Origin: an uncultured Enterobacteriaceae bacterium
GTDB lineage: Bacteria > Pseudomonadota > Gammaproteobacteria > Burkholderiales > SG8-39
Length of the DNA stretch: 64,000 nt
Reading direction: 5' to 3'
Assembly (NCBI GenBank): GCA_964617355.1
Contig: CAZTXP010000119.1
Span: 2,186 to 66,185 of the forward strand
This document shows, in pieces, positions 1-8,511 of this stretch. Position numbers and translations under genes: made by a program. Within the stretch, counting starts at the first letter, position 1. The number at the start of each line of letters is the position of its first letter. The notes beneath the pieces were generated by a model that saw nothing but the letters and a program-made list of their open reading frames with translations, made no database searches and was not told where the DNA came from.

Positions 1-244
1 AGTAGAGCTCGCCGGTCGAGGGGTCGTTGAGGAACAGCGACCCGCGCTCGGCGTCGAGCTCGGTGGTGGTCATCTCGACCAGCGCGTGCAGCACCTCGTC
101 GAGCGTCTCGTAGGCCGCCATGCGGCGCGAGACTTCCAGCAGCATCTCGACCAGCTTCAAGCGGCGCGCGCCCGTGCGCCGCACCGGCTTCTTGCGCTCG
201 GCGAGGCCCGGCAGGGCGCGGACGTTGCTCTTGGGCTCGCTCAT
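1..244 (-). CDS. GAF domain-containing signalling protein, N-terminal 81 codons only (gene continues past the window start)
   Basis: Hand translation from ATG 244-242: MSEPKSNVRALPGLAERKKPVRRTGARRLKLVEMLLEVSRRMAAYETLDEVLHALVEMTTTELDAERGSLFLNDPSTGELY. The ERGSLFL.D block is GAF-like. The start overlaps the upstream stop (ATGA). Not in the ORF track because it runs off the edge. Confidence 0.6.
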   Translation of the reverse strand, partial: MSEPKSNVRALPGLAERKKPVRRTGARRLKLVEMLLEVSRRMAAYETLDEVLHALVEMTTTELDAERGSLFLNDPSTGELY

Positions 245-771
245 TGCGGTGCCCCGGCTTCGACGCGCTCGCGCAGCGCGCGCACCGTGGATTGCAGCTG
301 GCCGATCTCGGCGCGGTCGTCGGTGCGCGCGCGGGTCACCGCGGCGTCGCGCTCGGCGCCGGCGCGCTCCAGCGACTCGCGCAGCGCGGCGGCGGTGGCG
401 CGCAGCTGGGCGATCTCGTCGTTCGCCGCCTTGACCGCGGACTGGATCGCGCGCTCGCGGTCGGCGCGCTCGATCTCGAGCTGCTCGCGCAGCGCGGCGG
501 CGGCGGCACGCAGCTGGCGGATCTCGTCCTGCGATTCGCTCTTCGCCTCGCGCAGCAGGTCTTCCTGCGCGCCGTGCACGCGCTCCAGCTCGTCGCGCAG
601 CGCCGCCGCGGCCGCGCGCAGCTGGGCGATCTCGGCCTTCGACTCGGAATTGGCGTGCAGCACCGCGACCTCGCGGTCGGCACGGGCGAGCTCGAGCTGC
701 TCGCGCATCGAGGCGATGGCGGCCTGGAGGTCGCGTACTTCGCGCTGCAGGGCGAGCGTTTCGTCGGCCAT
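241..771 (-). CDS. coiled-coil protein with four ~36-aa tandem repeats (function unknown)
   Basis: Last 176 codons of the 736-aa track ORF 241-2451, with ATG at 771-769. Ala/Glu/Arg/Leu-rich heptad-like sequence with recurring (A/D)EI(A/R/G)QLRAAAAALR(D/E). High GC3. Stop is coupled to the next gene by ATGA. Confidence 0.65.
   Translation of the reverse strand: MADETLALQREVRDLQAAIASMREQLELARADREVAVLHANSESKAEIAQLRAAAAALRDELERVHGAQEDLLREAKSESQDEIRQLRAAAAALREQLEIERADRERAIQSAVKAANDEIAQLRATAAALRESLERAGAERDAAVTRARTDDRAEIGQLQSTVRALRERVEAGAPQ
290..640. repeat. intragenic tandem repeat, period about 107 bp, four copies
   Basis: The core (revcomp of the AEIAQLRAAAAALR codons) recurs near 293, 400, 508 and 614, e.g. 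gcgcagctgggcgatctc / cgcagctggcggatctc. Confidence 0.6.
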
Positions 772-849
772 GGACCTGCAAGGATAGTCCGGCGCTCGCC
801 CCGGCGGAAGAGGATTTCGACCCGGCCAACGGCGTACCATCCGCCCGCC

Positions 850-1428
850 GTGAACTACCTCGCCCACCTGCTGCTCTCCCCGCCCGACGACGACGCGCTC
901 GTGGGCGCGATGCTGGGCGATTTCGTGAAGGGTCCGCTCGAGGGGCGCTACGAGGGCCGCGTCGGCGCCGCGATCGCGCTGCACCGGCGCATCGACAGCT
1001 ACACCGACGCGCATCCGGTGGTATTGGCGTCGAAGGCACGCATCGGCCCGCCGCGACGGCGCTACGCCGGCATCATGGTGGACCTGTTCTACGACCACTT
1101 CCTGGCCCGCAGCTGGCGCGAGCACCACGACGAGGCGCTCGAGGATTTCGCCGCGCGCGTGTATGCGCTGCTCGCGGCGCGGCGCGAGGAACTGCCGGCC
1201 GACCTGCAGTGGGTAGCCGCGCGCATGGCGGAACGCAACTGGCTGGTGAACTACGCCGAGCCGGCCTACGTGGGGCGCGCGCTCGAGGGCATCGGCCGGC
1301 GCCTGAAGCGCGGCAACGGCCTGCTCGGGTCGGGCGACGACCTGGCCGCAGCGTACGAGGGTTTCGAGGCGGATTTCCGCGTCTTCTTCCCGCAGGCGCG
1401 GCGCTTCGCCCTCGAGAGCGGACTCTGA
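850..1428 (+). CDS. acpH: acyl carrier protein phosphodiesterase
   Basis: GTG at 850 is in frame with track ORF 244-1428. VNYLAHLLLS..GDFVKG..HRRIDSYTD..DLFYDHFLA parallels the E. coli AcpH N-terminus (MNFLAHLHLA..ADFVRG..HRRIDVLTD..DVMWDHFLS). Confidence 0.85.
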   Translation: MNYLAHLLLSPPDDDALVGAMLGDFVKGPLEGRYEGRVGAAIALHRRIDSYTDAHPVVLASKARIGPPRRRYAGIMVDLFYDHFLARSWREHHDEALEDFAARVYALLAARREELPADLQWVAARMAERNWLVNYAEPAYVGRALEGIGRRLKRGNGLLGSGDDLAAAYEGFEADFRVFFPQARRFALESGL

Positions 1429-1467
1429 GCTAGAGTAGGCGCAGTGACCTTCTGAGGAGGAGGAAGC

Positions 1468-2427
1468 ATGGACCGTCTCGTTCGCGGCGTCGCGCTCGCC
1501 TGCGCGCTCGCCGTACCCGCATTCGCATTCGCCCAGTACCCGGCCAAGCCGATCCGGCTGATTGTGCCGTTCCCGCCCAGCGGCTCGGCTGAACTGGGCG
1601 CGCGCATCTTCGCGCAGCCGCTTGGGCAGCAGCTCGGGCAGCCCGTGGTGATCGAAACGCGCCCCGGCGCCGACGGCGCGATCGCCTCGGAAGCGGTGAA
1701 GTCCGCCGCGCCCGACGGCTACACGCTCTACTACGGCACCGCCACCGGCATGTCGTTCGTGCCGGCGGCGAAGAAGAAGCCGAGCTACGACCCGATCGCC
1801 GACTTCACGCCGGTGTCGCTGGTCGGGTACTTCGGATTCTTCGTGGTGTCGCACTCGAGCATGCCGGTGCACACCATCAACGACCTCGTGGCCTACGCGC
1901 GCGCGCACCCGGGCAAGATCAACTACGGCACCGGCAACGCCACCAGCATCCTCTCCACCGCGCAGTTCGCCATGCAGCAGAAGATGGACGTGGTGCACAT
2001 CCCGTACAAGGGCGACGGGCCGCTGACGGTCGACCTGCTCGCCGGCCGCGTGCAGTTCTCGATCCTCACGCCGGGCACGGCGACGCCGCACATCCGCGAG
2101 GGCAAGCTGCGCGCGCTCGCCACGCTGCTGCCCAACCGCAACGCGCTCCTGCCCGAGGCGCCGACGCTGCCCGAGGCCGGGCTGCCGATGGTGCCGATCA
2201 TCCCGTGGGGCGGGCTCTTCGGCCCGGCGAAGCTGCCGCAGGAGATCGTGGAGCGCCTGAACCGCGAGATGCGCATCCTGCTCGCCAAGCCCGAGGTCAA
2301 GGACGCCTTCGGCAAGCTCGCCTTCGAGGCGAAGAGCTCCTCGCCGCAGGAACTCTCTGCGGTGGTCGCCGAGCAGCTGGAGTCCTATCGCCGCGTGGCG
2401 AAGGCGGTGAATCTCTCGCTCGACTGA
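1468..2427 (+). CDS. Bug/TctC-family tripartite tricarboxylate transporter substrate-binding protein
   Basis: Signal peptide followed by QYPAKPIRLIVPFPPSG..RPGADG..APDGYTL, the family hallmark. GGAGGAGGAGG Shine-Dalgarno lies upstream. Confidence 0.9.
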   Translation: MDRLVRGVALACALAVPAFAFAQYPAKPIRLIVPFPPSGSAELGARIFAQPLGQQLGQPVVIETRPGADGAIASEAVKSAAPDGYTLYYGTATGMSFVPAAKKKPSYDPIADFTPVSLVGYFGFFVVSHSSMPVHTINDLVAYARAHPGKINYGTGNATSILSTAQFAMQQKMDVVHIPYKGDGPLTVDLLAGRVQFSILTPGTATPHIREGKLRALATLLPNRNALLPEAPTLPEAGLPMVPIIPWGGLFGPAKLPQEIVERLNREMRILLAKPEVKDAFGKLAFEAKSSSPQELSAVVAEQLESYRRVAKAVNLSLD

Positions 2428-2579
2428 GCGGGCACCGGGCCGTAGACCCACGCCGGCAGGCGCGGGTCGGGCCGCGCCTGCGGCTCGTCCCAGGAGAGGT
2501 GCGCGTGCTGCGCGGTGGCGTCCTGCTCCAGCGGGAAGTCGTCCAGGTCGGGTCCGTACACGTCGTCCAGGGTGCGCAT
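2385..2579 (-). CDS. small acidic hypothetical protein (64 aa), uncertain
   Basis: Track ORF 2385-2591. The second ATG (2579) has GGAG 8 nt upstream. Nearly every codon ends in G/C. It fills an otherwise empty 238-bp gap and overlaps the Bug gene's 3' end by 43 nt, convergently. Confidence 0.3.
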   Translation of the reverse strand: MRTLDDVYGPDLDDFPLEQDATAQHAHLSWDEPQARPDPRLPAWVYGPVPAQSSERFTAFATRR

Positions 2580-2665
2580 GGGCCGCTCCATTGCGAGGAG
2601 TCGCTGTCGTGGGTATCGGCCGTCGGGCGCGTATCCTTTAGCCTTTCGTCCGCACCGGGGGTTCC

Positions 2666-3022
2666 ATGGCGCTCGCCGCCAAGATCGTCGTAGGGCTGGT
2701 CGCGCTGCTGCACGTCTACATCCTCGTGCTGGAGATGTTCCTGTGGACCACGCCGCGCGGGCGCAAGGCCTTCGGCACCACGCCGGAATTCGCCGAGGCC
2801 TCGAAGGTGCTGGCCGCGAACCAGGGCCTATACAACGGCTTCCTTGCCGCGGGACTCTTCTGGGGCCTCGCGATCGGGCCCGAGGGCCGGGCCATCCAGA
2901 TCTTCTTCCTCGGTTGCGTGCTGGTCGCGGGCCTCTACGGCGCGGCGACGGCGTCCAAGCGCATTCTGTTCGTGCAGGCGGTGCCCGCGGCCATAGGACT
3001 CGCCTTGGTGCTGGCGAGTTGA
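2666..3022 (+). CDS. DUF1304-family membrane protein
   Basis: 118 aa. VGLVALLHVYILVLEMFLWTTPRGRKAFG..ANQGLYNGFLAAGL matches my recollection of DUF1304. Four hydrophobic segments. Confidence 0.8.
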   Translation: MALAAKIVVGLVALLHVYILVLEMFLWTTPRGRKAFGTTPEFAEASKVLAANQGLYNGFLAAGLFWGLAIGPEGRAIQIFFLGCVLVAGLYGAATASKRILFVQAVPAAIGLALVLAS

Positions 3023-3050
3023 AAGGCGGCCTCGCCCTGGTGCTGGCGCG

Positions 3051-3560
3051 CTAGCGCAACAGCTGCTCGCGCACCATCGTCGCCATGCGCTCCGGCGGCG
3101 TGCCGGGCGGGAAGAAGGCGACGTACTTTCCTTCGCGGTCGAGCAGGAACGTGAAGGCCGAGTGGTCGATGGTGTAGGTCTTGGTGCCGGGCAGCGGCAC
3201 CTTCTCGTAGAACACCTTGTACGAGGTGGCGACGCGCTTCACCTCGGCCTCCGTGCCGCCGAGCGCGACGAAGCGCGGGTGGAAGGCGGCCACGTACTCC
3301 TTCATGATCGCGGGCGTGTCGCGCTTCGGGTCGAGCGTCACGAAGATCGGCTGCACGTCGTCGCCCGCCGGGCCGAGCTGCCGCAGCGCCTCGCCGACGA
3401 TCGCGAGATCGGTAGGGCACACATCCGGGCAGCGCGCATAGCCGAAGTAGAGCAGCACGATGCGGCCCCTGAAGTCGGCGAGCGCGACGCGCTTGCCGTC
3501 GGCGCCCTTCAGCGTGAACGGGCCGCCGACCGGGTGCTTGCCGGACATCAGCTCGTTCAT
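3051..3560 (-). CDS. SCO1/SenC family copper chaperone / thiol-disulfide oxidoreductase (coordinates from first ATG; true start may be upstream, up to ~3653)
   Basis: LLYFGYARCPDVCP (CxxxC) and TIDHS motifs. An in-frame hydrophobic segment (LRRLIAVAALVAATVPGFA) upstream of the ATG has no ATG/GTG/TTG codon. Confidence 0.85.
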   Translation of the reverse strand: MNELMSGKHPVGGPFTLKGADGKRVALADFRGRIVLLYFGYARCPDVCPTDLAIVGEALRQLGPAGDDVQPIFVTLDPKRDTPAIMKEYVAAFHPRFVALGGTEAEVKRVATSYKVFYEKVPLPGTKTYTIDHSAFTFLLDREGKYVAFFPPGTPPERMATMVREQLLR

Positions 3561-3634
3561 CAGGCGAGCCGCATCCGCACGGCGTTCCTGTGCAAACCCA
3601 GGAACGGTCGCGGCGACCAGCGCCGCGACCGCGA

Positions 3635-4741
3635 TCAGGCGCCGAAGGTGAATTCGGTGCCCGTCGTCGAGGTCATGACGCGATCGGCGAGTTCCGTGCG
3701 CAGCAGCGCGACGATCGACGGCCCCGAGCAGTGCATCGGGATGATCACGTCCGGGTCGAGCCTGGTGAGCGCCTCGACGGTGGTGCGCACGTAGTCGTCC
3801 GTCGCCGGGAAGAGGTGGAAGCCGCCGAGCGCGGCGTGCACCTTCTTGATCCCGGTGACCTTGATCGCCTGCTGCACCGTGTTGACGATGCCGGCGTGGC
3901 CGCAGGACGAGATCACGACCAGTCCCCGGTCCTTGAGGTTGAAGCACGTGCCGTGCTCGTGGATGTGCTGGTCCTGCACCGCCTTGCCGCCGGCCTTGGC
4001 GTTGGCCGACGGGATGTCGCAGCCGAGGCCGTCCTTCTTGAAGTACTCGACCAGCGTGTTCGGCAGCACCTTCTCGAAGCTGGTGCGGTCGATGGTGCCG
4101 GTGGTAAAGGCATGGCCCATGACGACGGTGGGCTGCTCGCAGCTGACGATGCGGATGCGGTGCTTGTCGAGGTCGCGCCGGTCGAGCGTGCCCCAGTCGG
4201 CGAAGTGGCCGGGTGCGCCTACGGCGGTCTTGCGCGTGCAGAAGAGGTCCTCGCCGCCGATGTACATCTGCAGGTCCGCCGGGAGCTTGCCGCGGTGCTG
4301 CTCGAGGAAGCCGATCAACCCGCCGAAATGGTCGTAGTGGCCGTGGCTCGCCACCAGCGCATGGAAGCGGGCCGGGTCGATGCCGAGCACCTCGAGGTTG
4401 TTGTTGAGCGCGTTCGGCGTGTAGCCGAAGTCGAGCAGCAGGTGGCGCGTGTCCGCGCCGATCTTCGATTCCAGCGCGAGCGACAGGCCCCATTCGTTGT
4501 GCAGGGTCTTCCTCACGTTGGTCGGGGAGACCAGGCCAGCCCGCCGCGTCTTCACCCATTTCGACGATCCCGCGCGCGGCGTGTCGTAGCTGGAGTCGGT
4601 CAGCACGCGGATGGTCAGGCTGTCGACGGTCGGCACCGACAGCAGCTTCGGCGCTTGCGCGAGGACGTTTGGCGCAAACGGCGCGAGCGATGCGGCGGCG
4701 GCGCCGAGCACGATACGGCGGCGGCGAAGGTCTGCGGTCAT
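3635..4741 (-). CDS. Tat-exported MBL-fold metallo-hydrolase
   Basis: MTADLRRRRIVLGAAAASLAP twin-arginine signal and HGHYDHFGG metal motif. GGGAGGGG Shine-Dalgarno lies 7 nt before ATG 4741, which is preferred over the track start at 4756. Confidence 0.85.
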   Translation of the reverse strand: MTADLRRRRIVLGAAAASLAPFAPNVLAQAPKLLSVPTVDSLTIRVLTDSSYDTPRAGSSKWVKTRRAGLVSPTNVRKTLHNEWGLSLALESKIGADTRHLLLDFGYTPNALNNNLEVLGIDPARFHALVASHGHYDHFGGLIGFLEQHRGKLPADLQMYIGGEDLFCTRKTAVGAPGHFADWGTLDRRDLDKHRIRIVSCEQPTVVMGHAFTTGTIDRTSFEKVLPNTLVEYFKKDGLGCDIPSANAKAGGKAVQDQHIHEHGTCFNLKDRGLVVISSCGHAGIVNTVQQAIKVTGIKKVHAALGGFHLFPATDDYVRTTVEALTRLDPDVIIPMHCSGPSIVALLRTELADRVMTSTTGTEFTFGA

Positions 4742-4842
4742 GGAGTCCCCTCCCAAGGACGCGATGGAACCCCATTGTGGCGCGGCCGCATTGACAGCCG
4801 CAAGACCCTTTGAAACACTGGGCCGCTCAAGGGGGAGGGCCC

Positions 4843-6129
4843 ATGAAACTGCATCGCACCATCGTGGCGGCGTCGCTCGCCGTCGTCTCGGCCGCCGCGT
4901 TCGCGCAGGCCAAGGAAATCAAGGTCGGCGTGATCTACGACTACACCGGCGCGTTTGCCGCCGGCGGGTCGGAGGCCGCGGGCCTCGGCACCAAGATCGC
5001 CATCGACATGCTGAACGAGAAGGGTGGCGTCGAGGGCTACAAGATCGTGCCGATCTACGCCGACGCGCAGTCGAAGACCGAGGTCGCGATCAACGAGGCC
5101 ACGCGCCTCATGGACCAGGAGAAAGTGCACCTGCTGATGGGCGTGTTCTCCAGCGCGCACTGCGTGCCGATGGCGCAGCGCGTCGACTCGGCCAAGAAGT
5201 TCATGTGGGCCAACGTCTGCGTCGCCTCAAGCGTGTTCAAGGACAAGAAGCTCTCCTACGTCTTCCGCCCGCAGGTGCACTCCGACCAGTTCGGCGAGGC
5301 CTCGTGCACCTACGTGCACGAGAACGCGAAGGAGAAGCTCGGCACCGACCCGAAGAACGTCAAGATCGCGGTGATCTACGAGGACGGGCCCTACGGCGCC
5401 GGCGTCGCCGCCGGCAACGAGTCCAAGTGCAAGTCGCTCGGCATGAACGTGGTGCTGAAGGAGGGCTACGCGGCCACCGCGCCCGACCTCTCGAGCCTGG
5501 TCACCAAGCTGAAGCGCGCGCGTCCGGACATCATCCTGCACACCGGCTACAACCCGGACATCACGCTCTTCCTGCGCCAGTCGCGCGAGCAAGGCCTGAA
5601 GTTCAAGGGTCTGATCGGCCACGGCGCCGGCTACGGCCAGATCGGCAAGCTGATGGAGACCTTCGGCACCGACGTGAACTACTTCTTCAACGTCGACCCG
5701 GTGGCGGCGCAGCTGCTGGATCCCAAGACGCTGAAGCCCGGCATGGGCGACCTCACCAAGGAGATGGTGAAGCGCTACCAGGCCGCGAAGGGCCCGGCCG
5801 ACGTGCCGCCGCACGCCTCGATGGGCTTCAACCAGTCGTGGATCTTCTTCACCGACGTGCTGCCGCGCGCGATCAAGAAGCACGGCGGCATCGATCCCGA
5901 GGCGCTGAGGAAGGCGTCCCTCGAGACCGACATCCCGGTGGGCGGCACGATGCAGGGCTACGGCGTGAAGTTCTTCCCGCCGGGGCACGCGATGTCGGGG
6001 CAGAACGAGCGCTCCTCGCCGGTGGTGATGCAGTACGTCAACGGCCGCACCTACATCGCGTGGCCGAAGGCGATCCGCACCACGGACCCGATCTTCCCGC
6101 TTCCGAAGGGCCACCCGTACGCCCAGTAA
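4843..6129 (+). CDS. ABC transporter substrate-binding protein (LIV/amide type, type I periplasmic binding fold)
   Basis: MKLHRTIVAASLAVVSAAAFA signal followed by KEIKVGVIYDYTGAFAAGG. GGGGGAGGG precedes ATG 4843. First gene of a five-gene ABC operon. Confidence 0.85.
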   Translation: MKLHRTIVAASLAVVSAAAFAQAKEIKVGVIYDYTGAFAAGGSEAAGLGTKIAIDMLNEKGGVEGYKIVPIYADAQSKTEVAINEATRLMDQEKVHLLMGVFSSAHCVPMAQRVDSAKKFMWANVCVASSVFKDKKLSYVFRPQVHSDQFGEASCTYVHENAKEKLGTDPKNVKIAVIYEDGPYGAGVAAGNESKCKSLGMNVVLKEGYAATAPDLSSLVTKLKRARPDIILHTGYNPDITLFLRQSREQGLKFKGLIGHGAGYGQIGKLMETFGTDVNYFFNVDPVAAQLLDPKTLKPGMGDLTKEMVKRYQAAKGPADVPPHASMGFNQSWIFFTDVLPRAIKKHGGIDPEALRKASLETDIPVGGTMQGYGVKFFPPGHAMSGQNERSSPVVMQYVNGRTYIAWPKAIRTTDPIFPLPKGHPYAQ

Positions 6130-6139
6130 GAAGCTCGGC

Positions 6140-6937
6140 GTGCTGGAGGTTTCCCGGCTCACCAAGCGCTTCGGCGGGTTCACGGCGGTCTCGGAGGTCT
6201 CGTTCTCCCTCGCGGAGGGCGAGATCCTCGGGCTGATCGGGCCGAACGGCTCGGGCAAGAGCACCACGTTCAACCTGGTCGCGGGGCTGTATGCGCCCAC
6301 GAGCGGGTCGGTGCGCCTCGCCGGCGCCGAGATCGGCGGGCTCGCGCCGGCGGCGGTCTGCCGGCGCGGCATCGCGCGCACGTTCCAGATCCCGCGACCG
6401 TTCCGCAAGCTCTCGCTGGTCGAGAACGTCGCGCTCGCGGCCTACTACGGCCGCGCCGAGACGCCGACGCGCGAGGCGGCGTGGGCGGCGGCGAAGGACG
6501 CGCTGTCGCTCGTGCAGTTGCCGGTCTCCGAATCCGCGCGCGTCGACGGCCTTGGCGCCGCGGGGTTGAAGAAGCTCGAGCTCGCGCGCGCGCTTGCGAC
6601 GCAGCCGAAGATCCTGCTCGCCGACGAGTCGCTCGGCGGGCTGGACGAGTCCGAGATGGACCAGGCCGCCGACATGCTCGCGAGCATTCGCGAGAAGCGC
6701 GGCGTCACCATCATCTGGGTCGAGCACATCATGGGCGTGCTGATGCGCGTGGTGGACCGGTGCCTCGTGCTCGACCACGGCGAGGTGATCGCCGAGGGCA
6801 AGCCCGCCGAGGTGGCGCACGACCCGAAGGTGATCGAGGTCTACCTCGGCACCGACGCGGCCGAGGTGCAGCAGCAGGTGGCGAGCAAGGCAGCAGGGGG
6901 TGCTCCGCAGCCCCCCGCACCCCCCGGGGGCGCCTGA
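6140..6937 (+). CDS. ABC transporter ATP-binding protein (LivG-like)
   Basis: Walker A GPNGSGKST and the IARTFQIPRPF motif typical of LivG-type ATPases. GTG start. Confidence 0.9.
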   Translation: MLEVSRLTKRFGGFTAVSEVSFSLAEGEILGLIGPNGSGKSTTFNLVAGLYAPTSGSVRLAGAEIGGLAPAAVCRRGIARTFQIPRPFRKLSLVENVALAAYYGRAETPTREAAWAAAKDALSLVQLPVSESARVDGLGAAGLKKLELARALATQPKILLADESLGGLDESEMDQAADMLASIREKRGVTIIWVEHIMGVLMRVVDRCLVLDHGEVIAEGKPAEVAHDPKVIEVYLGTDAAEVQQQVASKAAGGAPQPPAPPGGA

Positions 6938-7641
6938 TGCTGTCCCTCGCCAACGTCTCGGCCGGCTACGGCAGCTTCCAGGCCCTGTTCGACGTCTCGC
7001 TCGAGGTGAAGGCCGGCGAGTCGGTGGCGGTGATCGGCCCCAACGGCGCCGGCAAGACGACGCTCCTGCGCGCGATCTCGAAGCTGATCCCGCTCAACGG
7101 CGGCCAGGTGTCGATGGAGGGCCGCTCGCTCGCCGAGGTGGCGCCGCACGAGGTGATCGCGCTCGGCATCTCGCAGGTGCCCGAGCATCGGCGCCTCTTC
7201 CCGCGCCTGACGGTGGAGGAGAACCTGAAGATGGGCGCCTACCTGCCGTCGGCGCGCGCTAGGTTCGACCAGCGCCTCGCGATGGTCTACGAGCTCTTCC
7301 CGCGCATGAAGGAACGGCGCGCGCAGCCCGCCGGCACCATGTCCGGCGGCGAGCAGCAGATGTGCGCCATTGGTCGCGCGCTGATGAGCGGTCCGAAGCT
7401 GCTGCTGCTGGACGAGCCCTCTGCGGGCCTCGCGCCGGTGATCGTGCAGTCGATCTTCGAGCTGGTGAGGAAGATCTCCTCGGAGGGCTACACGGTGCTG
7501 ATCGTCGAGCAGAACATCCGGCAGGTGCTGAAGGTGGTGGACCGCGCGTACCTGCTGGAGACCGGGCGCATCAAGTCGAGCGGTTCGTCGAAGGAGCTGC
7601 TGGCCTCCGACGAGATCCGCAAGGCCTACCTGGGGATTTGA
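6937..7641 (+). CDS. ABC transporter ATP-binding protein (LivF-like)
   Basis: ATG 6937 overlaps the upstream TGA (TGATG). GPNGAGKTT, MSGGEQQM and LLLLDEPS motifs. Confidence 0.9.
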   Translation: MLSLANVSAGYGSFQALFDVSLEVKAGESVAVIGPNGAGKTTLLRAISKLIPLNGGQVSMEGRSLAEVAPHEVIALGISQVPEHRRLFPRLTVEENLKMGAYLPSARARFDQRLAMVYELFPRMKERRAQPAGTMSGGEQQMCAIGRALMSGPKLLLLDEPSAGLAPVIVQSIFELVRKISSEGYTVLIVEQNIRQVLKVVDRAYLLETGRIKSSGSSKELLASDEIRKAYLGI

Positions 7642-7643
7642 AC

Positions 7644-8510
7644 ATGGAAGTGTTCGACATCTTCCTCCTCGAAGCCGTGCTGAACGGCATCCTGCTCGGC
7701 GGCCTGCTCGCGCTGCTGTCGCTCGGCCTGAACCTCGTGTTCGGCGTCATCGACGTGGTCTGGATCTGCTACGCCGAGATGATCATGATCGGCATGTACG
7801 CGGTCTGGGTGCTGCACGTGCAGTACCAGTGGCCGCTGCTCGCCGCGATGGCCTGCGGCGTCGCGCTGGTCGCGCTGCTCGGTGCGCTGCTGCACCGCTT
7901 CATCATCCGGCCGGTGCTGTCGGCCGAACCGATCAACCAGCTCCTTGTCACGGGCGGCGTGCTGTTCTTCCTGCAGGCTGCGGCGACGCTCGCCTTCGGC
8001 ATCGAGTTCCGCAACCTTGGCGTGAAGCTCGCGCCGGTGGCGCTGGGCGAGATGTCGTTCTCGATGCCGCGCATCATCGCCTTCGTGGTGGCGGTGGCCG
8101 GCGTCGCGGCGACGTGGCTGTTCCTGTCGCGCACCTACATCGGCACCGCGATCCGCGCGATCAGCCAGGACCGCGAGATCATGCCGCTGATGGGCGTGAA
8201 CCCGGACCGGGTGTTCACCGTGACCTCGGCGCTCGGCGGCGGGCTCGCGGGGCTGGGCGCCTGCCTGCTGGTGCTGCAGTACGACATCCACCCGGCGATC
8301 GGCCTGTCCTTCGGCCCGATCACCTTCCTGATCTGCGTGCTCGGCGGCCTCGGCAACATGCTGGGCGGGCTGGTGGCGGCGTTCATCTTCGCGCAGTTCA
8401 TCTCGGTCGGCGGCTTCTTCTTCGCCATCGAGTGGGGCTACGTGATCGCGTTCGTGTTCTTCATCGCGGTGATGTTCTGGCGCCCGCAGGGCATCCTCGG
8501 GGGCAAGTGA
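7644..8510 (+). CDS. branched-chain-type ABC transporter permease (LivH-like)
   Basis: ATG 7644 in frame with track ORF 7362-8510. Polytopic: MEVFDIFLLEAVLNGILLGGLLALLSLGLNLVFG. Confidence 0.9.
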   Translation: MEVFDIFLLEAVLNGILLGGLLALLSLGLNLVFGVIDVVWICYAEMIMIGMYAVWVLHVQYQWPLLAAMACGVALVALLGALLHRFIIRPVLSAEPINQLLVTGGVLFFLQAAATLAFGIEFRNLGVKLAPVALGEMSFSMPRIIAFVVAVAGVAATWLFLSRTYIGTAIRAISQDREIMPLMGVNPDRVFTVTSALGGGLAGLGACLLVLQYDIHPAIGLSFGPITFLICVLGGLGNMLGGLVAAFIFAQFISVGGFFFAIEWGYVIAFVFFIAVMFWRPQGILGGK

Positions 8511-8511
8511 G

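Noticed and set aside
241-2451. 736-aa minus-strand ORF
   Set aside because: Only its last 176 codons (the coiled-coil gene, 241-771) look real. The rest is antisense to acpH and a Bug gene, both of which have clear family motifs.
2999-3048. 18-nt direct repeat ctcgcc(t/c)tggtgctggcg (2999-3016 and 3031-3048) with a GGCGAG/CTCGCC hairpin between the convergent DUF1304 and SCO1 genes
   Set aside because: It is probably a small 3'-end duplication or weak bidirectional terminator. There is no U-tract on either strand and no further copies in the window, so it was not reported as a feature.
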